Shown here piece by piece: positions 9,925-19,024 of a stretch of DNA of 64,000 nucleotides (within the stretch, counting starts at the first letter, position 1; every line of letters starts with the position of its first letter). Under the pieces are notes generated by a model, which made no database searches, was not told the origin of the DNA, and worked only from the letters and a program-made list of their open reading frames with translations. The stretch covers positions 7,425 through 71,424 of the forward strand of contig CAZDXC010000002.1 of assembly GCA_964509675.1 (NCBI GenBank), given 5' to 3'. This DNA is from Candidatus Woesearchaeota archaeon (GTDB taxonomy: Archaea > Nanobdellota > Nanobdellia > Pacearchaeales > GW2011-AR1). Position numbers and translations under genes: made by a program.

Positions 9925-10028
9925 CCCCTCCAGGATTCGAACCTGGGTCACAGCCTTTCTATTATTTGACTTGATTAACAAATCTCCTAACCAAAGGGCT
10001 GTATACTTGACCGCTGTACTAAGGGGCT
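9922..10028 (-). tRNA. tRNA-Gln (anticodon TTG) with a ~34-nt intron
   Basis: Minus-strand cloverleaf: acceptor AGCCCCT/AGGGGCT, D GTAC..GTAT, anticodon stem CAGCC/GGCTG with loop CTTTGG interrupted by an intron, T-arm CCAGG-TTCGAAT-CCTGG. Confidence 0.55.
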
Positions 10029-10158
10029 GACATATTCGCATTTTTCGCCTTGCTGTAGATTTTGGATTTGCGAACTATAAAACTTACAGATAAATTTTAT
10101 TTATAAGCCTTTTTAATTGAGTAGTAAGATTTAAAAGACTAAACTGCGATTTACTAAA

Positions 10159-10506
10159 ATGCCAAAAAAAACAGAAGAAAAAAACAAGGAAGAAGCAAAA
10201 AAGAGCAAAAAAATATCCAAAGAAGAATTCAGAAAAAGAGTATTAGAACTATCAGAAAAAGGACTCACAGCAGAAAAAATAGGGGAAACTTTAAGAAAAG
10301 AAGGGATTCATTCTAAAGAATTCGGAGAAAAAATATCGAAAATACTTGGAAACAAATATATAAGTCCTGATGAAAAAAATATTTCAGAAAAACTTGAAAA
10401 AATAGAAAAACATCTCTCTAAAAACAAAAAAGACAAGAGAGCAATGAGAGACAAAGGAAAAATATTTGCCAGATTAAGAAGATTGAGAAAGTATCTTAAC
10501 AAATAA
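10159..10506 (+). CDS. rps15: 30S ribosomal protein S15 (uS15/S13e)
   Basis: GLTAEKIGETLRKEGIHS N-domain and C-terminal HLSKNKKDKRAMRDKGKIFARLRRLRKYL, matching the S15 DxxSRRGLxxxVxKRRRLLxYL pattern. Confidence 0.65.
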   Translation: MPKKTEEKNKEEAKKSKKISKEEFRKRVLELSEKGLTAEKIGETLRKEGIHSKEFGEKISKILGNKYISPDEKNISEKLEKIEKHLSKNKKDKRAMRDKGKIFARLRRLRKYLNK

Positions 10507-10523
10507 ACTTTTTTTAAAAGAGG

Positions 10524-11864
10524 ATGGAAAAAAAATTAAATAAAAACTTAGAATCAGAAATTAAATCAGTTGCAGATAAGTTTTTGGAACTCATCGCTGA
10601 CAGAGAAATATTAATAGTAAGTCATTTTGACACAGACGGAATAACTTCTGCGACAATTCTCATACAAACATTAAGGAAGATTGACAAAAAATTTTCTGTA
10701 AAAATTGTAAAAAGACTCGAAAAGGAAATAATTTTTGATTTGCCGAAAAATAAAGTAATAGTCTTTCTTGATTTAGCCTCAGGAAGTCTGAATCATCTTT
10801 CTAAAATAAATTCAGAAAATATTTTTATAATAGATCATCATGAAATTTTTCAGGAAATTCCAGATGGAATAAAAATAATAAATCCCCACCTTAACGGAAA
10901 AGAAGAGATAAGCAGTTCAAGTCTTGTATATCTTTTTTGCAAGCAACTGAATGGAGAAGGCAAGGAATTGGCAAAGCTGGCTATTCTTGGAATGATTGGA
11001 GATTCTATGGAAAAAAGCATAGATAAACTAAACAATTTGATAATAAATGACGGAGAAGTCAACAGAAAAAGGGGGCTTCTAATATATCCTTCAACCCGCC
11101 CGTTAAACAGAACACTTGAATATTGCTCAGACCCATACATTCCTGGAGTGACGGGCAATTCCAGGGGGGTAACTGAATTGCTAAGGGAGGTAGGGCTTAC
11201 TCCTTCCAATGGAAAATACAAAAGTCTCATAGAGTTAGATGATGAAGAAATGTCCAAGTTAGTTACTGCAATAATTCTTAAAAATCCAAAGGTAAAAAAC
11301 AAAGAAGTGATTGGGGATATCTTCCTGATAAAGTTTTTTAATAAACTGGAAGATGCAAGAGAATTAAGCGCAATAATCAATGCCTGTTCAAGACTGGGAG
11401 AGAGTGAAACTGCCTTGCAATTTTGCATGGAATCATTAAAAGCAAAAAAAAGAGCAGAACTCCTTCATACAAAATATAAGCAATTTATAATTTCCGGATT
11501 AAAATTTGTTTCTGAATCTGAAAAAATAGAGGGAAATGGTTTTGTCATAATAAATGCAAAAGAAAAGATAAAAGACACTATGATAGGAACAATAGCAAGC
11601 ATACTTTCAAATTCTTCCCTCTACGAAGAAGGAACAATAATAACAACAATGGCTTATTATGAAGACAAGATAAAAGTATCCGCCAGAAGCGTTGGGAAAA
11701 ATGGAAAAAATATAAGAAAAATTTTAACTTCAACAATAGAAAAAATAGGAGGAGAAGTCGGAGGGCATGAATTCGCTGCTGGCTGCATGTTAAAACAGGA
11801 AAAAGAAAAAGAGTTCCTGGATTGTCTGAAAAAGAATCTGGAAATTGAATTAGTAAAGATTTAA
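10524..11864 (+). CDS. DHH-family phosphoesterase, archaeal RecJ/Cdc45-like (GAN-like)
   Basis: ILIVSHFDTDGITSATIL (DHH motif I), FIIDHHE (motif III), GGHEFAAG near the C-terminus; lies in a replication gene neighbourhood. Confidence 0.5.
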   Translation: MEKKLNKNLESEIKSVADKFLELIADREILIVSHFDTDGITSATILIQTLRKIDKKFSVKIVKRLEKEIIFDLPKNKVIVFLDLASGSLNHLSKINSENIFIIDHHEIFQEIPDGIKIINPHLNGKEEISSSSLVYLFCKQLNGEGKELAKLAILGMIGDSMEKSIDKLNNLIINDGEVNRKRGLLIYPSTRPLNRTLEYCSDPYIPGVTGNSRGVTELLREVGLTPSNGKYKSLIELDDEEMSKLVTAIILKNPKVKNKEVIGDIFLIKFFNKLEDARELSAIINACSRLGESETALQFCMESLKAKKRAELLHTKYKQFIISGLKFVSESEKIEGNGFVIINAKEKIKDTMIGTIASILSNSSLYEEGTIITTMAYYEDKIKVSARSVGKNGKNIRKILTSTIEKIGGEVGGHEFAAGCMLKQEKEKEFLDCLKKNLEIELVKI

Positions 11865-12009
11865 AATTAATAATAAAAATCCCTTGATATTTTCTGTTTA
11901 TGTAATATTTAAAAACCCATTCCTTTTTCTTAAAATATAGAAAGCCATTACGCATAGCGATTGCGCATACGCGTTACGAGGCATAACAACACTTCGCGAG
12001 GCACTAAAA

Positions 12010-12711
12010 ATGGAATTAGAAGTTGGAGATATAGTATTATGCACAGTGGAAAGAATTGTAGGTACAGTTGTATTTGTAAAAATAGATGGGAATGGGGAAG
12101 GAAGTATAGTAACAAGTGAAATTGCTCCTGGAAGAATCCGTAATCTGAGGGATTATGTTGTTCCAAAAAAAAGGATAGTTTGCAAAATTTTAAGAATAAG
12201 CTTTCAGGGAAATATAGAATTGTCATTGAGAAGAGTAACTCAAAAAGAAAGGAAAGAAGCGCTTGAACAAGACAAACAAGAAAAGAGTTATATCAAAATA
12301 TTAAAAAGCATTTTAGGTGAAAAGGCCGAGAAATTAATAAAAGAAATTTCTTCTCATGAAAGAATATTCTCTTTTTTAGAAGAAGCAAAAACAAACCCTG
12401 AAAAATTAGAAAAAATAATCGGAAAAGAAAATTCCAAAAAAATTCTGGAAATATTAAGTATGCAGAAAAAAAAGAAAGCAATATTAAAAAAAGAAATCCA
12501 TATAATAACAACCAAGCCAAACGGAATAACACTAATAAAAAAAATTTTGGATTTTTTTAAGGGAGTAAATATAAAATATATTTCTGCAGGAAGATATAGT
12601 CTGGAATTAGAATCAGAAGATCTTAAAACTGCAGATAAAAAAATAAAAGACATGATAGAAAATGCAGAAAAAAATTCAAGAAAATTGGGTGTGGAATTAA
12701 GTGTCAAATAA
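12010..12711 (+). CDS. eif2a: Translation initiation factor 2 alpha subunit (aIF2-alpha)
   Basis: S1 domain VGDIVLCTVERIVGTVVFVKI..GSIVTSEIAPGRIRNLRDYV..IVCKILRI..IELSLRRV aligns with aIF2-alpha. Confidence 0.7.
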   Translation: MELEVGDIVLCTVERIVGTVVFVKIDGNGEGSIVTSEIAPGRIRNLRDYVVPKKRIVCKILRISFQGNIELSLRRVTQKERKEALEQDKQEKSYIKILKSILGEKAEKLIKEISSHERIFSFLEEAKTNPEKLEKIIGKENSKKILEILSMQKKKKAILKKEIHIITTKPNGITLIKKILDFFKGVNIKYISAGRYSLELESEDLKTADKKIKDMIENAEKNSRKLGVELSVK

Positions 12712-13921
12712 GAGTAGATTGTTTTTCTCCAATAATGGCTTTTCCATATTCACCATCAAAACCCGGCTTTACTTTTATTTTTCCTTCCCTGTTTCTTAAT
12801 ATTAACTCAATTATTTTACTATCTATATTTTTTTTGATAAATTCTTCTTTTGACATATTTAATAAAATTTCAAATTCATTTTTAAAGTCACTTATAAGAG
12901 AATTGTAAATATTCCAGACTGCCTTGCTCTGCATTTGGCTTCCCAAAGCCAATGCAAGAATTTCATGAAGCGGGAGAAGTTCATAAAAAACTTTTGCATC
13001 CTTTGTCTTAAACCCCTTGGGAAAAGAAGAAATTTTCTCAACTCTGTTGTCAACTCCTATTGTTAATGGCTTTTTACATACAGGACAAATCCCATTAAGT
13101 TTTTTACTCTCTTCAGGACTGCAGGAAAAATTACAATTTCTGTGTCCGTCATAATGATATTTTCCATAAGCGGGGTCTGTTTCTATTGTTGCTATAAATT
13201 CTTTATTCCTGATCTGCCTAATCAAATCTGAATAAGAATCAGTTTTTTTGAATATGGTTGCTTCTCTTCCAAGTCTAAAAGGCCAAAAACTGTGGCTGTC
13301 AGAAAAACTTACTATTGCCTTATCTTCTAATTCTTGGATTCTCCAGTTCATTTCAGGATCAGAAGACATTCCGGTTTCAATTGCATGTATATTTTCATTT
13401 TGTTCTCCAAAACATTCCTTCAGGCTGTCAAATCCAGACATGCTTCCGAACACACCAAACCATGGCGTCCATATATGTGCGGGAATGATTTCTATCTCAG
13501 AAGAAATATTCATCATTTCTTTGGCAAATTGCTCTGCACTGAGATTAAAAATAGGCCTGCCATCATAATCTCTTCTTCCTTTTGTATCAAGATAAGAGTT
13601 TATTTTGTCTGCAATTTCCAAATTCGGAACCAATATTAAAAGATGGATTCTTCTTCCTCGTCCTTGGGTATAAATAAGAGAGATTTCTCCTGTTATAACA
13701 AAAGAAAAATCATTGTAATAATAAAAGCCATTTTTTTCTTCTAGTTTTTCTTTTATTTCCTTAAGCCATAGGGGATGCGTAAAATCACCTGTCCCTAACA
13801 AGTCAAGCCCCTTAATCCTTCCCCATTTAACCAAATTCTCAAAATTTATATTACTGCTGCATGCTCTTGAAAATCTGGAATGAATATGCAAATCAGCAAT
13901 CATCCAATCACTATCCATCAA
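12704..13921 (-). CDS. PHP-domain protein with a Cys-rich insert (TIGR00375/EndoQ-like)
   Basis: N-terminal IADLHIHSRFS PHP signature, internal CSPEES..CPVCKK zinc-binding pair, 405 aa. Confidence 0.45.
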   Translation of the reverse strand: MMDSDWMIADLHIHSRFSRACSSNINFENLVKWGRIKGLDLLGTGDFTHPLWLKEIKEKLEEKNGFYYYNDFSFVITGEISLIYTQGRGRRIHLLILVPNLEIADKINSYLDTKGRRDYDGRPIFNLSAEQFAKEMMNISSEIEIIPAHIWTPWFGVFGSMSGFDSLKECFGEQNENIHAIETGMSSDPEMNWRIQELEDKAIVSFSDSHSFWPFRLGREATIFKKTDSYSDLIRQIRNKEFIATIETDPAYGKYHYDGHRNCNFSCSPEESKKLNGICPVCKKPLTIGVDNRVEKISSFPKGFKTKDAKVFYELLPLHEILALALGSQMQSKAVWNIYNSLISDFKNEFEILLNMSKEEFIKKNIDSKIIELILRNREGKIKVKPGFDGEYGKAIIGEKQSTLI

Positions 13922-13952
13922 AATTTAGAAAGAGCAAGGTATTAAAATCTTT

Positions 13953-15500
13953 TTATTTTTTTCTTCTTTTACTTAAAATAACTGCGCCTACAACAATAGC
14001 TACTAGAATAATTATTCCTGCTAATCCCCACCACATTAAATTTTTCTCTGTTTTTCCAGAAGGAAGAGGAGTTTCAGACACTGCTGCTGTTTTTTCTGCA
14101 ATTGTAAAATAACTAAAACCAGTTAACTCAGTATCATAATAGTAATATTTGCTGTCTTCATCTTTAAATTGGGTATTAAGTTCATTCCATTTCTGTGTTG
14201 TTTCATCAAATCTGAATAATGCTATATCACTCTTATTAAACCCATTATCAGACAGCCAAGATTTTTCAACTTGTATCTCTAATGTTGCTTTCTCTAATTT
14301 ATTTCCAAGGTTTTCTTCTTTTATTTGAAAATATTTATTAACCTTTCCTGATTTTGCAACAGAAACTCCTGCTGGCTTTGATTGGTATTTAGTCACAGTT
14401 ATTTTAACATTTTGTGCTTCATTGTTAACTGTTATCTGAATTTGTTTTACCCCTATGTCTGTATTGAAATCTTTCATTATTACTGTTGCTCCCGAAGTTA
14501 TTTTTTCCCATGAATTGATTTTTTTCATTATATTTACAGAAGTTTCATTGACTATAATACTACTAACAATAGGGTTCACGACATAAGTAGCACTTGCATT
14601 TCCTGTATTTCCTGCAGTATCTGTAAAATAACAATAAACAGTCTGAGTCCCTGTGGATGAAACAGGAGGATTTCCTGTATATGAATAAGTGGTTAAAGCA
14701 GAGTTTATGCTTGAAAGTGCATCACTTGGAGTACAGGTACATGTGACAGTTCCTGAAGCTGTTATGGGGCTTGGAGAACAGGAAAATGCAGCAGTAGGAG
14801 CAGTTCTGTCAATTATCATCTGAATCTGTTCAGAATTATTTAAATTATTTAAGGTATCATTAGCATAAACACTAACATTATATCTTCCTTCTGTAAATCC
14901 AGCACCAATTATCGTTACATTATAGTAACCTCCCCCAGAAGTAGAAGCCTTTGTATAATTCCCTGCCACCACAGTCCCGTTAGGATATGTCACATTAAAA
15001 TAAACAGAATCTATTCCAATTCCGCCATCGCTTACACTAATATTCAAATTAAAAGTTCCTGAATTGTTAAAATTTCCTGCTGTTGAAACAGTTGGGGGGG
15101 TTGAATCAAACAATACATTCTGAGTTATTGTAGAAGCTCCTGATCCAAAATCTGTAGTATTTGAAATTGTCGCATTAATGCTGTATCTTCCATCTATTAA
15201 TGTAGATATATCCAAAGTTGCATTACAAGAACTAATAAAAGTAATATTATTATTCTTGCAAACTAATGTACTGCCAATCAAAGTCCAACTTCCACTAATA
15301 TTATAATAAAATGATGCGTTAACTGCATCTGTAATATCTGTCGCATTAACATAACTAACATTAAAAACAGCAGTTCCTGTATGATTAGTATTGCTTGCAG
15401 GAGCAACAACAGTTATTGCAGCATTTGCAAAATTAGTTACTTCTATAAACAAAATTAAAAAAAGGATTAATACAAAATATCTACTAAACCCCTTTTTCAT
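13953..15500 (-). CDS. Secreted surface glycoprotein-like protein with a C-terminal TM anchor
   Basis: Signal peptide MKKGFSRYFVLILFLILFIEVTNFANA; more than 25 N-x-S/T sequons; Thr/Ser-rich beta-rich repeats; C-terminal ..LMWWGLAGIIILVAIVVGAVILSKRRKK. Confidence 0.5.
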   Translation of the reverse strand: MKKGFSRYFVLILFLILFIEVTNFANAAITVVAPASNTNHTGTAVFNVSYVNATDITDAVNASFYYNISGSWTLIGSTLVCKNNNITFISSCNATLDISTLIDGRYSINATISNTTDFGSGASTITQNVLFDSTPPTVSTAGNFNNSGTFNLNISVSDGGIGIDSVYFNVTYPNGTVVAGNYTKASTSGGGYYNVTIIGAGFTEGRYNVSVYANDTLNNLNNSEQIQMIIDRTAPTAAFSCSPSPITASGTVTCTCTPSDALSSINSALTTYSYTGNPPVSSTGTQTVYCYFTDTAGNTGNASATYVVNPIVSSIIVNETSVNIMKKINSWEKITSGATVIMKDFNTDIGVKQIQITVNNEAQNVKITVTKYQSKPAGVSVAKSGKVNKYFQIKEENLGNKLEKATLEIQVEKSWLSDNGFNKSDIALFRFDETTQKWNELNTQFKDEDSKYYYYDTELTGFSYFTIAEKTAAVSETPLPSGKTEKNLMWWGLAGIIILVAIVVGAVILSKRRKK

Positions 15501-15605
15501 AGTAACCTCCTTTTCTCATATTAATTCCTATAGGATATATTTATCTACAAGGTTTATAAATGTTTTTTTTTAGAATTTTTGAATTTGAACTTTCTTTTTC
15601 AATCA

Positions 15606-16598
15606 TTATTCATCAATAATTCCTTTTTCTGTAACAAAAAAAATTGTTTCATTGTCAGGCAAATCAGGACTATCTATGAGTTTTGCCACTCTTGAATCTT
15701 TTTTTCCTCTTCTTAAATAAATCCTGTATGTAGAAGCATGTCCTACAATATGTCCGCCTATAGCGGTTGTCGGATCCCCGAACATTTGTGCAGGATTTGC
15801 CATAACTTGGTTAGTTACGTATATTGCAAGATTGTATTGCTCTGCCAATTTCATTAAGTTATGCAAATACTTGTTTAATTTCTGTTGTCTGTCTGCTAAT
15901 TGCCCTCTTCCAGAAAATTCTGCCCTGAAATGTGCTGTCAGAGAATCAATAATCATAAGCTTGATTGGCTCTCCATTTTTTATCATTTCTGAAACTTTGT
16001 CTAAGAGCAAAATTTGGTGGTCTGAATTAAATGCTCTTGCAACAAAAATATTCTTCAAAACTTTTTCTGGATTTGCTCCTACCCCTTCAGCAATCTGTTT
16101 TATTCTTGAAGGCCGGAAAGTTCCTTCTGTATCAATAAAAACGCATTTGCCATTTGTTCCTCCTCTTTCAAAAGGCAATTGTGCATTTACTGCAAACATT
16201 AATCCCAATTGAGTTTTCCCGCTTCCATATGCTCCAAATGCTTCTGTAACTGCCCTGCTTTGTATTCCTCTCCCGCCAAGAAGCGCATCAAAACTTTTGC
16301 TTCCTGTTGTAATATAACCTATATTTGCTCTTCTTTCAGCAAATTCCATTCCATCAACAAATCCTATATCAAGCATTTTTCTTGCAGCCTGAATTACTTT
16401 TCTTGCAACAGCTGCTCCAACTCCTGCAACTTCTCCCAAATTACTCGGGCTCATCACAGCCAAGGACATTAAATCATAAATCCCGGCAGCCTCTAATTTA
16501 GAAGCGACTGCAGGCCCAATTCCAGGAAGATCAGTCAATTGCGGCTCTTTATTTTCATCTTTTTTAATCTCTTCATCCTCTGTTCTCTTTACAGCCAT
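15606..16598 (-). CDS. radA: DNA repair and recombination protein RadA
   Basis: N-terminal HhH (LTDLPGIGPAVASKL), Walker A GAYGSGKTQL, CVFIDTEG.FRP and LIIDSL motifs. Confidence 0.9.
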   Translation of the reverse strand: MAVKRTEDEEIKKDENKEPQLTDLPGIGPAVASKLEAAGIYDLMSLAVMSPSNLGEVAGVGAAVARKVIQAARKMLDIGFVDGMEFAERRANIGYITTGSKSFDALLGGRGIQSRAVTEAFGAYGSGKTQLGLMFAVNAQLPFERGGTNGKCVFIDTEGTFRPSRIKQIAEGVGANPEKVLKNIFVARAFNSDHQILLLDKVSEMIKNGEPIKLMIIDSLTAHFRAEFSGRGQLADRQQKLNKYLHNLMKLAEQYNLAIYVTNQVMANPAQMFGDPTTAIGGHIVGHASTYRIYLRRGKKDSRVAKLIDSPDLPDNETIFFVTEKGIIDE

Positions 16599-16649
16599 AT
16601 AAAAACAATTTATAACTACTTTATAAAGATTATTTGGCACAGATATATC

Positions 16650-17108
16650 TTACAAAGCAGCATAAATTCTGTTAAAAACAAGAAACAAATCTGTTAAAAA
16701 AAATACGCCAAAAAGAAAATTTTCAACTATCCCTCCTGTCTTTATTTTGCCTTTTATTCTAAATTTTAGAGGATAAAAAGGCATTATTCCCTGCAAAGTA
16801 AGAGAATCCAGCAACAAATGTAAAGAGTAACCAAAAATAAAGGGGATCCATACTTCTTTAAAAGACAAAAAAATTAAAAGAGTGATAATTGCAAGAAATC
16901 CAAAACTGTGAGTTATGCCTCTGTGCTTGATAAAAAAATTAAAAATTCTTGATAATCTGTAATGCCCTATTTTTGAAAATCTATTATCTATATCTGGAAT
17001 TAGCATTGCAAGAAAAACAACAGGAAGAAAAATCAATGGATTTTGGATATATTTAAAAAAAATTAAAATGAAAAAGGCAGTTATTATAAAATGTGTTCTT
17101 AGAAACAT
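16650..17108 (-). CDS. Membrane-bound metal-dependent hydrolase, YdjM/DUF457 family
   Basis: 4-TM protein with HRGITHS and HLLLDS motifs. Confidence 0.5.
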   Translation of the reverse strand: MFLRTHFIITAFFILIFFKYIQNPLIFLPVVFLAMLIPDIDNRFSKIGHYRLSRIFNFFIKHRGITHSFGFLAIITLLIFLSFKEVWIPFIFGYSLHLLLDSLTLQGIMPFYPLKFRIKGKIKTGGIVENFLFGVFFLTDLFLVFNRIYAAL

Positions 17109-17109
17109 C

Positions 17110-18054
17110 CTAATTTTCTAATTCCTTAATTAATAAGTCAGGATTTATATCTTCCACTTTTTCTATGATAAATTCGGGGGTATTGAAAATTTTATTATTC
17201 CTGATAACCCCATAGAATAGCATTTCTTTTCCCAAAAGTTTTTCTCTCTGAGAAATCAATTCTTCCTTGTTCTCTAAATCAACCAACCCGACACTAGCAA
17301 GATTATCATGAAATAGGACCGTTCTTATTGTTTCTGTCCCGTCATCGATAATTAAATTTATCAAAGCCCTTTTCTCTGCAGCAACTTTGCCATGTTCAGA
17401 GCAGACAAAGGAATTATCTTCCTGAATTGCCTTTTTTCTGCATTCAGGGCAAACATAAAAAAATCTTGGTTCAAAAGACTGAACAATAAATGCTCTTATT
17501 CTTACATTATCCGAATTTTTCAGTTCAGAAATATTTTTCTCTCTGAAAATTCTTTCAACTTTCAAATTATCAATGGATTCATCGGTTATTTTTATTTCTG
17601 AGAAACTTCCAAGATGAAGTTCATTATCTCTCATGCTTGCATTTGAAATTTCAACCACAATGCCTTCAGCAATTTTCCCGTTTTCAATAAGGGATATATG
17701 GTTCGTATCCCAAAGAACAACCTTTACATTAGAAGTATCATCTGCAATAAACAAATTTGCTACTTTTCCATCATCCCCTTTCTTTGTTTTAAAGGTTCGG
17801 GGAGGAAATACATTTATTATTTTTCCGAGAGTATTGACTTTTCTCATCCCAGGAAGAAGTTCTTCTATCTTTAATATTTCATTATCAAAAGAAATTCCAA
17901 GTTCTGCAGCGATTACCTGCGCTGCCCCCTCCTTGCTGATAAGTCCGGAAAGTTTTGCTCTTTTAGCCTCAATTCTCCTCTCGATTTCTTCCTTTTCTAA
18001 ATTAGATAACTTAGAAATTTTTTCTATTATTCTTTCATAATTCCCAAGAGGCAT
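17110..18054 (-). CDS. Replication protein A-like ssDNA-binding protein (OB fold plus zinc ribbon)
   Basis: OB-fold segment ..GKIINVFPPRTFKTKKGDDGKVANLFIADDTSNVKVVLWD.., then CPECRKK..CSEHGK zinc ribbon. Confidence 0.55.
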   Translation of the reverse strand: MPLGNYERIIEKISKLSNLEKEEIERRIEAKRAKLSGLISKEGAAQVIAAELGISFDNEILKIEELLPGMRKVNTLGKIINVFPPRTFKTKKGDDGKVANLFIADDTSNVKVVLWDTNHISLIENGKIAEGIVVEISNASMRDNELHLGSFSEIKITDESIDNLKVERIFREKNISELKNSDNVRIRAFIVQSFEPRFFYVCPECRKKAIQEDNSFVCSEHGKVAAEKRALINLIIDDGTETIRTVLFHDNLASVGLVDLENKEELISQREKLLGKEMLFYGVIRNNKIFNTPEFIIEKVEDINPDLLIKELEN

Positions 18055-18138
18055 TTATTCAAAAAGAAGTGTGCATTTTTAAGTATTTTGCGGATAAAGA
18101 ACAGAAACCATTATAAATAAGGCATCTTAAATTAAAAT

Positions 18139-18411
18139 ATGGGAACCGCAGCAGTGAAAATTAGAATTTTGCCTACTTCTCCAGAAGCAGATTTAGAAAA
18201 ATTAAAAGAAGCAATAAAAAATCTTATTGAAAAAAATGGGGGGAAAAATTGCAGTTTTGAAGAAGAACCGATTGCTTTTGGTTTAAAGGCGATAATTATC
18301 CTTTTTGCATGGCCTGAAGAATCAGAATTAGAAGAATTAGAAAACTCTCTCAATAAATTAGAGGAAGTCAGTTCTCTGCAAGTAATAGATATGAGACGGG
18401 CTTTTGGTTGA
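18139..18411 (+). CDS. ef1b: Elongation factor 1-beta (aEF-1beta)
   Basis: 90 aa; KIRILPTSPEADLEKLKEAIK..AFGLKA..VSSLQVIDMRR matches aEF-1beta. Confidence 0.7.
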   Translation: MGTAAVKIRILPTSPEADLEKLKEAIKNLIEKNGGKNCSFEEEPIAFGLKAIIILFAWPEESELEELENSLNKLEEVSSLQVIDMRRAFG

Positions 18412-19024
18412 AATGCTTTCGGAAGAAGAAACTAAAGAAATAAAGAATAAAATCATTTCTCATATAGAATCTACTTTTCCTGCAGAACAAATGCCTCAAG
18501 CTAAGCAACAAATTGAATCAATGAATTCAGAAGAATTAGAAAATTTTCTGGAAAAGAACAGGATAATAAAAACTGAAAATTCAAATGCAGGAAATGAATG
18601 TGTCTTTTGTTCAATTGTTTCTGGAAAAATTAACTCTGTAAAGTTAGATGAGGATGAAAATGCGATAGCTATTTTAGAAATAAATCCGATATCCAAGGGA
18701 CATACAATCATAATCCCAAAAGAACATGAGGATAATTTAAAAAAAGCATTGCCTCTTGCAAAAAAAATTTCTAAAAAATTAAAAAAGAAATTCTCTCCAA
18801 AGGATATAGAAATTTCAAAATCAAAATTATTCGGACATGAGATAATAAATATAATTCCTGTTTACAATAGCGAGAACATCAATTCAAAAAGAACTCCTGC
18901 AAAAATAGAAGAACTTGAACAAATAAAAGAAGAATTAGAAAAAGAAAAAAAGCCAGAAAAAATCAGGAAACCCAAAAGAGAAAAAATCAGGAAATTTTTC
19001 TGGTTACCAAAGAGGATTCCATAA
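18404..19024 (+). CDS. HIT-like protein with a degenerate histidine triad and a Lys-rich C-terminal tail
   Basis: CVFCSIVSGKI..AIAILEINPISKGHTIIIPKEH resembles the HIT N-terminal half, but HxHxHxx is replaced by FGHEIINIIPV. Confidence 0.45.
   Translation: MVEMLSEEETKEIKNKIISHIESTFPAEQMPQAKQQIESMNSEELENFLEKNRIIKTENSNAGNECVFCSIVSGKINSVKLDEDENAIAILEINPISKGHTIIIPKEHEDNLKKALPLAKKISKKLKKKFSPKDIEISKSKLFGHEIINIIPVYNSENINSKRTPAKIEELEQIKEELEKEKKPEKIRKPKREKIRKFFWLPKRIP

Noticed and set aside
10850-12707. Minus-strand ORFs 10850-11428, 11578-11955, 12293-12532 and 12354-12707
   Set aside because: They lie antisense within well-supported genes (RecJ-like DHH, aIF2-alpha), have low-complexity Leu/Phe/Ser-rich translations typical of AT-rich antisense frames, and have no motifs
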